Below are positions 41,826 through 51,105 of a DNA stretch of 64,000 nt, piece by piece (position 1 is the first letter of the stretch; each line of letters begins with the position of its first letter). Source of the DNA: a virus (taxonomy: Duplodnaviria; Heunggongvirae; Uroviricota; Caudoviricetes); the IMG/VR virus record IMGVR_UViG_2654587772_000002; one strand, written 5' to 3'. A program made the translations under genes and the position numbers. The notes under the pieces are model-generated. The model was not told where the DNA came from. It searched no databases and worked only from the letters and a program-made list of their open reading frames with translations.

Positions 41826-42609
41826 ATTCCTCCTCCTCACCACCATGCATGATCTCCACCATGCGCTGCGTCATCCGGACAAATCCATTTTCAATAGCCT
41901 GCTGATAATCAATGATCACCAGCGCCGACTCCTCGAAAAAACACTGAATTTCAGAGGGGGCGTGAGCGTAATAGTCCGCAATTCTGCTGAAATTAAACAC
42001 CGTGTGACGTTCTGCCGCACACAGGAGGAATTTCTCAATATCAGGCTCAAGGGACGCCGAACGTATCCGGCTGATCAGCTCCTGAGTTTTCGTATCGTCG
42101 TACAGTTCACTGATATCCGGTTTACCGCCCGACGGCTCATAAACAGGCGTATCAATTTTCGTCGCATACGGCTCCTCCTCATTTCCTGTACCGGGCAAAA
42201 CATCCGTCAACAGTTCATCAATTTCTGTCGGGATGAAGCCTGTCAGGGAGACATCAAAATCAGCATTGATTAGGTCCGACAGCTCCATCCGCAACAGATC
42301 TTCATCCCAGCCAGCATTCATCGGCAGGCGATTATCTGCCAGGCGGTACGCCTTTTTCTGCTCATCCGTCAGGCCAGACAGAACAATGACCGGAACAGAA
42401 TCCATTTTGAGCATTTCAGCCGCCATAACACGACCGTGACCCGCAATAATTTCGCCCTTTTCGTCAATCAGCACCGGATTAGTCCAGCCGAATTGCTTAA
42501 TACTTTCTACCAGTTGTGCCACCTGCTCAGGGCTGTGCGTCCTGGCGTTGTGCGCATACGGTGACAATTCTTGTAATGGGCGATAGACTATCTTTAATTT
42601 CTCGCTCAT
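41818..42609 (-). CDS. ynaK: ParB-like nuclease domain protein (YnaK-like)
   Basis: ParB N-terminal-domain motif ...NPVLIDEKGEIIAGHGRVMAA... Sits next to the trkG-like gene, as ynaK does in Rac. Confidence 0.75.
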   Translation of the reverse strand: MSEKLKIVYRPLQELSPYAHNARTHSPEQVAQLVESIKQFGWTNPVLIDEKGEIIAGHGRVMAAEMLKMDSVPVIVLSGLTDEQKKAYRLADNRLPMNAGWDEDLLRMELSDLINADFDVSLTGFIPTEIDELLTDVLPGTGNEEEPYATKIDTPVYEPSGGKPDISELYDDTKTQELISRIRSASLEPDIEKFLLCAAERHTVFNFSRIADYYAHAPSEIQCFFEESALVIIDYQQAIENGFVRMTQRMVEIMHGGEEEEYA

Positions 42610-42746
42610 ACAGCCTTGCTTTATGAATAAAACGCACCCCAGCAGCCAGTGCTACTGGGGACGGAGGGGTTGCTGGTAAAGTTAGGTATTGGATCAATGA
42701 GTGAGTCAACATAATATTAAACTCACAATTATAAATCAGCCATATA

Positions 42747-44222
42747 TTAGGAGCGCCAAAAAAAACCTGAAAACAATATAATAACAGGATAAATTTCAAG
42801 GCGACCAAGAATCATAGCTATGCACATTAAACATTTTGCAATGTCATTAAGCACTCCGAATGACGATGCAGTAGCCCCAAAACCTAATCCCATATTATTA
42901 ATACATGCAGCCACTGTTGCAAATGATGTAAGAAAATCATATCCCATACCATTTAACACCAGTATAAAAAACACCGTGAAGAGAGTATAAAGAAAAAAGA
43001 AACTCCATACAGACCTCATTACACGATCTGTAACTATCTTCCCTCCTACATTTACACTCAACAACGCTCTGGGATGAGAAAGCTGATTTATCTCGTGTTT
43101 GCTTTGTTTGAAAAGTATAAGAAATCGAAGTGACTTAATTCCACCACAAGTTGAACCTATACATCCCCCAAAGAAACTTGACAACAGCAAAAACACTATC
43201 GTGTGCGTGGGCCAACTTGCATAATCCTGCGTAGCTAAACCATTATCAGTGAGCATGGAGCTGGCAAGAAAAAACGAATGAATAAAACTTCCATGCAAGT
43301 CATACATACCTATATGCCAGACCTGGAAAGAGGTAACAATGATCACCCCTAAGGCTATTAACAGAAAGAAACGAAGTTCAATATCTCTGATTAAAGGTTT
43401 TATCGTTTTCCTGCTAATAACAATATACCAAAGAGTGAAGTTGAAAGCCGATAGCAGGGAAAAAGAACCAGCCACCAGCTCAACCAAATAGTTATTAAAA
43501 TATCCGATACTCTCGCTATGAGTTGAGAAACCACCAAGCGAAACTGTGGAAATCCCGTGACAAATAGCATCAAACAAAGGCATTCCTGCAAGTCTATAAC
43601 AGACAATACAAGCAATACCTAATAAAGAATAAGTTATCCACAGTGTCCGTGACGTATCGGCCAGGCGGGGAGTGAGTTTGTCATCCTTAAATGGCCCCGG
43701 CATTTCTGACTGATAAAGCTTTGCACCACCAATACCCAATAATGGCAATACAGCAACCGCCAGAACAATAACTCCTAAACCACCTATAAAATTTAACTGT
43801 GACCGATAGTACAAATATGCCCGAGGTAATGAACTAACATCATCAATTACAGTTGCTCCTGTTGTTGTTATTCCAGAAACCCCTTCAAACAGAGCATCAA
43901 TGAACGTTAAATTAAGTTCTGAGTCAATCCATAAAGGGAATGCACTAATAACAGAAAACAAAATCCAAAACATTACAATTATAATAAACCCATCACGGGT
44001 ACGTAATTGAATGCCAGATTTCTTAGTTGTATACCACGCTCCGCCACCAATGCAAAAAAATATAACGAAAGTTATAAAGAAAACGAACAGGCTTTTTTCT
44101 TTATAAAACAATGCTACAACCATTGGTGGCAACATTGAAAGACTATAGAGCCAAACCAGGAACCCACACATATGAGTAACAACTCTTACATGAGATGTAT
44201 TCATATCTAAATATTCTTTCAA
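42747..44222 (-). CDS. trkG: TrkG/TrkH-family potassium uptake protein (491 aa)
   Basis: Multi-pass membrane protein with TrkH motifs (SGITTTGATV, EMPGP, GGFSTH, GSTCGGIK). AT-rich. Sits downstream of the lysis cassette as trkG does in Rac. Confidence 0.9.
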   Translation of the reverse strand: MKEYLDMNTSHVRVVTHMCGFLVWLYSLSMLPPMVVALFYKEKSLFVFFITFVIFFCIGGGAWYTTKKSGIQLRTRDGFIIIVMFWILFSVISAFPLWIDSELNLTFIDALFEGVSGITTTGATVIDDVSSLPRAYLYYRSQLNFIGGLGVIVLAVAVLPLLGIGGAKLYQSEMPGPFKDDKLTPRLADTSRTLWITYSLLGIACIVCYRLAGMPLFDAICHGISTVSLGGFSTHSESIGYFNNYLVELVAGSFSLLSAFNFTLWYIVISRKTIKPLIRDIELRFFLLIALGVIIVTSFQVWHIGMYDLHGSFIHSFFLASSMLTDNGLATQDYASWPTHTIVFLLLSSFFGGCIGSTCGGIKSLRFLILFKQSKHEINQLSHPRALLSVNVGGKIVTDRVMRSVWSFFFLYTLFTVFFILVLNGMGYDFLTSFATVAACINNMGLGFGATASSFGVLNDIAKCLMCIAMILGRLEIYPVIILFSGFFWRS

Positions 44223-44341
44223 TTATAACCACCTTGCTGCAATATTATGATTATACTGTATAAAATTTAACTCCTCTTAGATCTTACTTCACTGTTCCTT
44301 ATGAAACAATCATCAAAATGAATCATATTGTAGTTAAGATT

Positions 44342-44806
44342 TTACTTTAAACACTGCTCGGTTATGTATTGCTGAGCACCTTCAAGTTGGGCCTGCATCA
44401 TTACCAGTCGTTCCCGGAGGGTGAAATAATCCCGTTCAGCGGTGTCTGCCAGTCGGGGGGAGGCTGCATTATCCACGCCGGAGGCGGTGGTGGCTTCACG
44501 CACTGACTGACAGACTGCTTTGATGTGCAACCGACGACGACCAGCGGCAACATCATCACGCAGAACATCATTTTCAGCTTTCGCATCAGCTAACTCCTTC
44601 GTGTATTTTGCATCGAGCGCAGCAACATCACGCTGACGCATCTGCATGTCAGTAATTGCCGCGTTCGCCAGCTTCAGTTCTCTGGCATTTTTGTCGCGCT
44701 GTTCTTTGTAGGCGATGGCGTTATCACGGTAATGATTAACACCCCATGACAGGCAGACGACGATGCAGATAACCAGAGCGGAGATAATCGCGGTTACTCT
44801 GTTCAT
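44342..44806 (-). CDS. Rz: Rz (i-spanin)
   Basis: N-terminal TM anchor ([18 protein letters not shown]), coiled-coil periplasmic domain. Starts at the endolysin stop. Confidence 0.85.
   Translation of the reverse strand: MNRVTAIISALVICIVVCLSWGVNHYRDNAIAYKEQRDKNARELKLANAAITDMQMRQRDVAALDAKYTKELADAKAENDVLRDDVAAGRRRLHIKAVCQSVREATTASGVDNAASPRLADTAERDYFTLRERLVMMQAQLEGAQQYITEQCLK
44401..44586 (-). CDS. Rz1: Rz1 (o-spanin lipoprotein), embedded in the +1 frame of Rz
   Basis: Lipobox LVVVGC followed by a Pro-rich segment ([16 protein letters not shown]). Lies entirely within Rz on the same strand. Confidence 0.85.
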   Translation of the reverse strand: MRKLKMMFCVMMLPLVVVGCTSKQSVSQCVKPPPPPAWIMQPPPDWQTPLNGIISPSGNDW

Positions 44807-45300
44807 TGCTGACCCCACAAACAGATTTCACGCTCAATCTCACGACGAGTCATGAGACCTTTCCATTGCTTACCGCCAGCATATGTCCAGCGACGTAGCT
44901 GATCACATGCGCCTTTGATATCGCCCTGGTTTATTTTGCGAAGAAGCGTCGATGTTCTGAAATTGCCAGCACCCACGTTGTAAACGAATGAGTAAAGAGC
45001 GCCGCGCGTTGTTTCCGGTATATCGACTTTGATGTACGGGTTAATTTGTCTGGCGACCGTGGCAAGGTCTTTATTCAAGAGTGTTTTGCATTCTGCTTTG
45101 GTATACGTTTTACCGAGCATGATGTCTTTTCCTGTATGCCCGTGACATACAGTCCATACACCAACAATATCTTTGTATGGTATGTAGCTGACACCTTCCA
45201 GACCATCGTTACCACTTGGGCCAGTGATTAACACTGATGCTATAGCAATTGCTCCGCCACCAATAGCAGCAGCAACGACTTTTCGTAATGATGGAGGCAT
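44803..45300 (-). CDS. R: SAR endolysin (phage 21 R-type lysozyme)
   Basis: N-terminal signal-anchor-release segment ([20 protein letters not shown]) followed by a T4-lysozyme-family catalytic domain. Close match to R21 as recalled. Confidence 0.9.
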   Translation of the reverse strand: MPPSLRKVVAAAIGGGAIAIASVLITGPSGNDGLEGVSYIPYKDIVGVWTVCHGHTGKDIMLGKTYTKAECKTLLNKDLATVARQINPYIKVDIPETTRGALYSFVYNVGAGNFRTSTLLRKINQGDIKGACDQLRRWTYAGGKQWKGLMTRREIEREICLWGQQ

Positions 45301-45515
45301 TATTCACCTCTCGCAGCCTTGCGCTTATCTTCTTTAATCTTGAAATAAAGGTTTGTCAGGTACGTCAGCAGGCCAAATACCAGACTACCCAGCACACCGA
45401 TTGCAGCCCACTGTGACGGAGTTACTCTATCGAGCAACTGTAAAAACCAGTAGCCAGCACTGCCTGCGGAGGTGCCGTAGGCAATGCCTGTTGAAATTTT
45501 GTCCATGGATTTCAT
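45300..45515 (-). CDS. S: Pinholin (phage 21 S-type), dual-start motif MKSMDK
   Basis: [26 protein letters not shown]...[11 protein letters not shown]...[18 protein letters not shown] matches S21 as recalled. Start set by codon arithmetic at Met20 of the listed ORF. Confidence 0.9.
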   Translation of the reverse strand: MKSMDKISTGIAYGTSAGSAGYWFLQLLDRVTPSQWAAIGVLGSLVFGLLTYLTNLYFKIKEDKRKAARGE

Positions 45516-45766
45516 AGCCTCACCTCCGCACGGAACGGATGGCATAGTTATTATGTGTAGGCTTTCAGACACATCAATCAGAGCCTTAATTGATATATAT
45601 GCTGGAGACGATGCAATATAAAAAGCTCGCCGTAGCGAGCTAATAAAATGTATTTCTCTGATATTATGTTTATTTGTATTAGCTCAGACTTGACATCACA
45701 GGTTTCGTATATAGAACATCATCAAATCTGTCAGTTTGCTATGAATGAGATATAGTAACTGAAGAG

Positions 45767-46162
45767 CTAACCTCGCATGTCAAAGCCAGATTTCTGAAAA
45801 TCTCTGTAGACTTCCGGATTGTTGAAGGCCGGAAATTTGGCTTTATGAGCTGCGGACTTTATCGCTTCGCAATAGGCTTTATCACCGTTACTGGTAGATA
45901 TTTTTAACGCCGTACCATCCTGAGAGAATTCCATATGCAACCTGCATTTTTTCCCTTTCCAGTTATGCGGCTCATCAAGTTTGGCATTAATTGCAGCTCT
46001 GATTCCCCGCGCTTGCGCCCCCCATTCATCCTGATCATCCCAGCGTCCTGAACTGCAACTACCTGTAGCAGTAGTTTTGTGGCAATCTGAAGGGTGTAAA
46101 GGTGTGCATCCCGCAACAAAACCGACCCAAAAAGTCAACATAACGATTTTCTTTAATCCCAC
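45767..46162 (-). CDS. Lipoprotein with a TolA C-terminal-like domain (paralog 2, 131 aa)
   Basis: Signal peptide with lipobox FVAGC. Motifs WKGKKCRLHMEF and NPEVYRDFQ parallel those of the neighbouring paralog and of TolA domain III. Confidence 0.75.
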   Translation of the reverse strand: MGLKKIVMLTFWVGFVAGCTPLHPSDCHKTTATGSCSSGRWDDQDEWGAQARGIRAAINAKLDEPHNWKGKKCRLHMEFSQDGTALKISTSNGDKAYCEAIKSAAHKAKFPAFNNPEVYRDFQKSGFDMRG

Positions 46163-46312
46163 TTCTTGCTCCTCAATCCATTAAAATCTCAGCAATAGTA
46201 GTTGTTACGTCCGCCACTGGCTCAGAGCTGACTATCCGCTAAATTTAGCTCAGTGCCGTAGCTGTGTCAGAACAAACCTAAGCCGAAACCGTTTATTACA
46301 AAACAATAAATA

Positions 46313-46741
46313 TCAGGGTTTAAAATCCAGCACCCCATTTTGAAATACTTTATATACTTCCGGCGAAGGGGGGGCAGGTATATCAGCATTCTTTATCGCA
46401 TTCATCGCTTCACGACATAAATCGAGGTCTCCACTTTCTCTTTTAACCTCCAGTAGAAGGCCATTCGGGGCCATATGCATTCTCAGTGTACACTCTTTTC
46501 CTGAATACTTACTCGCATCCCCGAACTGTTTTTCGATGGCGCTCTTGATTTGATGGGCATACAGACGGATATCCTCACTAACATCAGAAGTACGTTCAGA
46601 TGAACTCACATACTGTGTCTCTATTGCTTTATCGGAGTAATATGATGTACGGTCATGATAATTTGTCGATACAGCATCAGTGCACCCGATAATAATCCCA
46701 CTAATAATCAACGTAAGAATTGATGCGCTACGAAAACCCAT
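46313..46741 (-). CDS. Lipoprotein with a TolA C-terminal domain III-like domain (paralog 1, 142 aa)
   Basis: Signal peptide with lipobox IIIGC. C-terminal 85 aa (YAHQIKSAIEKQFGDASKYSGKECTLRMHMAPNGLLLEVKRESGDLDLCREAMNAIKNADIPAPPSPEVYKVFQNGVLDFKP) aligns almost motif-for-motif with the E. coli TolA C-terminus as I recall it. Confidence 0.8.
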   Translation of the reverse strand: MGFRSASILTLIISGIIIGCTDAVSTNYHDRTSYYSDKAIETQYVSSSERTSDVSEDIRLYAHQIKSAIEKQFGDASKYSGKECTLRMHMAPNGLLLEVKRESGDLDLCREAMNAIKNADIPAPPSPEVYKVFQNGVLDFKP

Positions 46742-46769
46742 TTTTCCTCACATATGTCATATAGTAAAG

Positions 46770-46800
46770 GATTATATATACCGTTGTTTTGGACGCTCAA
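46770..46800 (-). promoter_or_regulatory. Candidate sigma70 promoter for the TolA-like lipoprotein gene (approximate position)
   Basis: On the coding strand: TTGAGC, a 16-18 bp spacer, TATAAT, then a GAGGA RBS about 35 nt before the ATG. Confidence 0.4.
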
Positions 46801-47329
46801 ACAGCGAATCAGATCAAATAAAACGCACATTTGTTAACATTTACACAAAGTCTGCGTGGGATATTCTGAAAGAATATCCATAATGTGGAGAGAATCTATT
46901 GAAGTGCATGGTGCCGGGTGCCTCCCGGTGAACAAAATGTTCGTGATACCTGTCGGCGACAGAAAAGGTTAATGGTATCACCCCACCGCACAGGGGGATT
47001 CACCATGCAGGAGTTTTCTTAGCAAACTCACTGCGCGCCCGGCAACTCCCAACCACATAAAATGCGGAGTTTGTGGTATTTATGCATATAACTCGCAGGA
47101 ATTATCTTAAAAAACTGATGTCGATCCGGATTAAAAAGAAGCAGGTCATCATCAGATGACTGGAAAAAAGGAAAACAAAAAATACTCATCATACAGTTTT
47201 GATTGCAGGGATGAGCCTGCTATGCACAATATGCAGAATATAAGCAAGATAAAAATATGCAGGCATATTATTTCGGATTTTGTTATTAACACAACCTTTT
47301 TAATAATCATTTGGCATACAATAAACCAG

Positions 47330-47358
47330 CCCAAAAAGAACCGCCTAAACAGGCGGTT
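47330..47358 (-). terminator. Hairpin followed by a T-run on the minus strand; candidate intrinsic terminator
   Basis: AACCGCCT-AAAC-AGGCGGTT stem-loop. On the minus strand it is followed by CTTTTTGGG. Confidence 0.4.
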
Positions 47359-47682
47359 GGTCAATACAAAGGATGCTTCGTCTTTATTATAGTAATCTGA
47401 GGCGTCGAGTGTCTTGTATCAGACAACATATTGTCCCGCTAAACAGCGAATTACAAACCACCCTGCAATGATCTCTCATCTCATTTTATATGAGTTGACG
47501 ACATCAGGATAACGCATCATCAGCCCCTGCCAAGAAATATCAAAACTCCCGCCAGCAATGTGTTATCACAATATTGTAAAAAAAACACAGCACCGAAACT
47601 ATAACTGGTCTCTGTTATAATTTGGAGCAGAAAGACCAGTTGCCCAACTAGCAGCATTCTCCCCTGCTTTCCTGACGTAAAA

Positions 47683-47706
47683 AAACCGCATTGAGCGGTT
47701 TTTTTA
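47683..47706 (-). terminator. Bidirectional intrinsic terminator-like hairpin about 80 nt downstream of the Q-like gene (tR'-like position)
   Basis: AAAAAACCGC-ATTGA-GCGGTTTTTTT: a GC stem flanked by an A-tract and a T-tract. Confidence 0.5.
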
Positions 47707-47785
47707 CGATGTCCATGTCTGCAATCCGCCTCGCGATACAGCTTTACGAAGCATAGCAAAATTGAAGCAGTTTATACGTAAGAAA

Positions 47786-48328
47786 TCAAGCCATTTTCTC
47801 AGCAAATGATTCACGCATGGGAATATATAGGGCATACTCAGCAACAGCTAACCAATTAGCAATCCGTTTTTCGCATGTGCTAAAACACCACTCTGGGTGT
47901 GCATCATTTAGCAATTCAGCCATTTTGCGCTTAGTCATCCCCCGCCCTTCATAGCGTTGCCGGAGAATGCAAATCAATCCTGGATGCTCTGCCAGCACCT
48001 CACTTATGACTCGATCAATACATAACGCCTCTGCATCAGTACAATGCGCCAGCCAGCTCTTTTGCTTGCCGTTGATCATCTCTCGCAAAAACGCTTCCAG
48101 CTCAGCTTTCTCTATTCCCGCTTTTTTCATTCTGCGCAGGGCTTCATTAATGGCTGTTTTCGTCAGTTTTTTGGATGCCAACAACTGATTGAACATATTC
48201 CCTGACCTGCCACCGCCAATATACGACCAGCGCCCCCACATACGTAGTTTTCCCTGAATCCAGACACTTTCCAGCGTGGTGAGGCGAAGGTGTTCTCCGC
48301 TTTTTCCTGTATTCGTTGGGTAAATCAT
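47786..48328 (-). CDS. Putative late-gene antiterminator (Q-like), 180 aa
   Basis: Position: last gene before the terminator-like hairpins and the lysis cassette. No motif verified. Confidence 0.45.
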   Translation of the reverse strand: MIYPTNTGKSGEHLRLTTLESVWIQGKLRMWGRWSYIGGGRSGNMFNQLLASKKLTKTAINEALRRMKKAGIEKAELEAFLREMINGKQKSWLAHCTDAEALCIDRVISEVLAEHPGLICILRQRYEGRGMTKRKMAELLNDAHPEWCFSTCEKRIANWLAVAEYALYIPMRESFAEKMA

Positions 48329-48615
48329 AAATGACCTTTCTTTCTCCAGATTTCTTGTGTGCGAAAAACCCCTTCAGCATGCATCAGGCGCAATTCTTCT
48401 TTGGTGTAATCGCTGGTTTTTACCCGCCCGTCGATTAGATCGTGGCATGAGCTACAGGCTATCGCCGCCTGCATATCGTGTGGTTTTGTCGCTGTTCCGC
48501 ACGTCCCCGCCAGCCTGTAATGCGCCAGCACAGAGGTTTCGGGATTGTGATTGCAGTAGCCAGGGATTCTGATCTGGCATATCTGGCCTTTAGCCGCTTT
48601 ACGTAAATTCACCAT
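48325..48615 (-). CDS. YbcO-like (DUF1364) Cys-rich protein, 96 aa
   Basis: Cys cluster C..C...C...C..C (CQIRIPGYC, SSCHDLIDG). Size and nin-region position match DLP12 YbcO as recalled. Confidence 0.6.
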   Translation of the reverse strand: MVNLRKAAKGQICQIRIPGYCNHNPETSVLAHYRLAGTCGTATKPHDMQAAIACSSCHDLIDGRVKTSDYTKEELRLMHAEGVFRTQEIWRKKGHL

Positions 48616-49214
48616 TACGCAAACTCCAGTAGTTGTGCGGCCACATTTTCAACTTCCTCCTGAGAGGAGAATTTACGGAACAGAATCCAGTTCCACAGCA
48701 CATTCAGTACAGATTTATAAACCTGCTGAAACTCGACTTCGTCCATATTCGCAAAAGCGATGGATTTTGCCCGACGCCCACGGCTACCGTCCGGATAAAT
48801 ATGCTCGGTGTAAAATCCGGCCTGAATGGTTACCCACTCGCGGAAAGCCTCAAACGACTTTAGCAACGCCGTATCCCGGGTTCTACGAGTCGCAACGGTG
48901 TTAAGGTATTGCTCTGCGGCATCACTCAGGGCTGGCGTGTGTTCCCGACCAACTGATTCGCACAGGTAATCAACGAAACCAGACAGCAGTTCTCGTTCGC
49001 GAGGCGTGATCGCCCCACCGACCGGAGTCCAGTAATCGAATCCCAGTTGCAGGAGTTTGAAAAAACGCTTGTGGAATGCGTAGTTACGCACACGCTTAAA
49101 ATCTGCGTGTATCCACTCACCTATTTTGATTTGATGCAGAAAATCGCAACTCTCCGGCGTCGCCGGGAGAAGTAAACCAGAAGAAGTTTGTTTGACCAGT
49201 TGTATATGCGCCAT
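48615..49214 (-). CDS. nin-region hypothetical protein (DUF1367-like), 199 aa
   Basis: ORF track. Abuts the YbcO-like gene. Family name from memory. Confidence 0.55.
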   Translation of the reverse strand: MAHIQLVKQTSSGLLLPATPESCDFLHQIKIGEWIHADFKRVRNYAFHKRFFKLLQLGFDYWTPVGGAITPRERELLSGFVDYLCESVGREHTPALSDAAEQYLNTVATRRTRDTALLKSFEAFREWVTIQAGFYTEHIYPDGSRGRRAKSIAFANMDEVEFQQVYKSVLNVLWNWILFRKFSSQEEVENVAAQLLEFA

Positions 49215-49632
49215 TTCTCAATCTCTCGATGGCGCAGTGCAGCAGATGCCAGTTGTTCAAGCTAGCACGCAAATTGTAAACCAGAATGCCAGGAAAAAAC
49301 AAAACCCGCCGAAGCTGGTTGTGTGCGGTTGCGTTGAAGTCTCCTAGCCAAAGAGTAGCGGTGACCACTCCCCGCCGATAATCTTAGTTGTTTAATTTCG
49401 TAAGCTAACTAGGCTAAAAGCTCTCTGTTGTCTGCCTGTTGTACAATTAACAAAATGAACAACGAACTAGATATACCAACGCCAGAATGGTGCAACAAAT
49501 CCCAAACAACACAGCAATGCAACAATAACATATGTTATTTTCCTCTCACGGGATTCAGTCCTGAATTCTCATAAAGCTAATCTTTTTTTAAAAACATACT
49601 GTTAGATCACATGCACTTTCTTTCTTAACATC

Positions 49633-49660
49633 GTTGACTTCGCATGCGAAGCGTTTAAAA
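49633..49660 (+). promoter_or_regulatory. Candidate sigma70 promoter with a 14-bp perfect palindrome in the spacer, upstream of the GHKL ATPase gene (approximate position)
   Basis: TTGACT, 16 bp, TAAAAT. The spacer contains CTTCGCATGCGAAG. Lies about 55-80 nt upstream of the ATG at 49714. Confidence 0.45.
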
Positions 49661-49713
49661 TCAACAATTTGCACTTAAGGTATTTATTTTCCCAAACACA
49701 TAGAGAGTAAATT

Positions 49714-51105
49714 ATGACTGAGAACACGACTCCAACAGCAGACTTTAGTCCTAGTAAAAGATTTTTTGTGAGTATGCTAACTCGAGATATCGACTTAAAC
49801 GATGCCATACTTGATCTGCTTGATAACTGCGTCGATGGGGCTTTACGTACAATAAAAGACACAAAAAAAACTTCAAAACCATATGAAGGATTTTATGCGA
49901 AACTTACGATTAATAAAGATGTCTTTATTATAGAAGACAATTGCGGAGGTATCCCTAAAAGCTTCCGAGAATATGCTTTTAAAATGGGACGACCCCATCA
50001 AAAAGAAGAAGAAAATGAAGGCACCGTTGGCGTCTATGGTATTGGTATGAAAAGAGCCATTTTTAAAATGGGTAGAGATTGCTCAATACAATCGAATAAT
50101 CCCGATGGCGCATTCACTGTAGATATAACACCTGATTGGATCGATGGTGATGGTTGGAAAATACCGATGCACGAGAGTGACTATGATAACAAAAATCCAA
50201 CAGGCACAACTATAGAGATAAAAAAACTCCATTCTAATGTGGCACAAAAATTTAATGAGAGCACATATCTTACTGATCTCTTTTTACAGATAAAACACTC
50301 ATTGTCATTTATTATTCAAAAAGGATTTAAAATAGAATTAAATGGAGTTGTTGTTGAACATAATCCGATTAACATCATAACTGATCATTCTAAAATAGAA
50401 CCATACATATATAAAGCTAAAATAGACGATGTTGATATCGATTTAGTTGTTGGCTTCTATAAAAATTTAGAAGATGACAATGATGATGTTTTAGAAAAAA
50501 GGAGTTCTGATGATGCTGGATGGACTGTCATTTGCAATGACCGCGTTGTTCTATATTGTGATAAGACACATCTCACAGGTTGGGGCTTTGCTAATGTACC
50601 AAGGTTTCATACCCAATTTATAGCAATTTCTGGGGTTGTTCGCTTTACCAGTAAAAACCCAGAAAAATTACCAATAACAACAACGAAACGAGGTGTCGAT
50701 CTTAGTTCTACATTGTACAATGATGTACGAAATAAAATGATTGAAGGGATGATGCATTTTATTCGATTCACCAATCAGTGGAAAGGTGAGCATCTTGAAG
50801 AAGGGAAAAAATTACTTAAGTCAGCTCAGTCACATGAAGCTCAATCTTTATTTGAAATTACCCCACAATCAACTCCAGAAGATAAAAAAAATAACTGGTC
50901 CAACCCTAATAGAAACAAAAATGAGTGGCGATATACACCTAAGCTGCCTACCCCAGTAAAAAAAAGCTCTACTGTACGAATAATCTTCACCAGAGAGAAA
51001 GAAGATGTTAAAATTTTATCTAAATATTTCTTTGGACATGAAGATGCTAGCGCTTCTGATGTGGGGATGCAATGCTTTGATACGGTGATTGAAGAGGTGA
51101 AGTGA
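49714..51105 (+). CDS. GHKL-family (histidine kinase / MutL / MORC-like) ATPase, 463 aa
   Basis: Bergerat-fold motifs in order: N-box LDLLDNCVDGA, G1-box IIEDNCGGIP, G2-box GTVGVYGIGMKRAIF. AT-rich. No histidine-kinase dimerisation domain and no receiver domain recognised. Confidence 0.9.
   Translation: MTENTTPTADFSPSKRFFVSMLTRDIDLNDAILDLLDNCVDGALRTIKDTKKTSKPYEGFYAKLTINKDVFIIEDNCGGIPKSFREYAFKMGRPHQKEEENEGTVGVYGIGMKRAIFKMGRDCSIQSNNPDGAFTVDITPDWIDGDGWKIPMHESDYDNKNPTGTTIEIKKLHSNVAQKFNESTYLTDLFLQIKHSLSFIIQKGFKIELNGVVVEHNPINIITDHSKIEPYIYKAKIDDVDIDLVVGFYKNLEDDNDDVLEKRSSDDAGWTVICNDRVVLYCDKTHLTGWGFANVPRFHTQFIAISGVVRFTSKNPEKLPITTTKRGVDLSSTLYNDVRNKMIEGMMHFIRFTNQWKGEHLEEGKKLLKSAQSHEAQSLFEITPQSTPEDKKNNWSNPNRNKNEWRYTPKLPTPVKKSSTVRIIFTREKEDVKILSKYFFGHEDASASDVGMQCFDTVIEEVK

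Noticed and set aside
41845-42439. Plus-strand ORFs of 142 aa and 68 aa inside the ParB-like gene
   Set aside because: They are antisense to a gene with a clear ParB-domain motif, with no RBS and basic low-complexity composition.
46742-47785. Possible tRNA genes between the Q-like gene and the lysis region, as in Stx phages
   Set aside because: I found no T-loop consensus (GTTCGAATC or GTTCAAATC) or cloverleaf-compatible repeats on either strand. Only terminator-like hairpins and a promoter were seen.
47786-48328. Assigning the 180-aa protein to a specific Q family (lambda, 21 or 82 type)
   Set aside because: It does not resemble lambda Q as I recall it, and I cannot verify similarity to other Q families without a search. 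It is called Q-like by position only.
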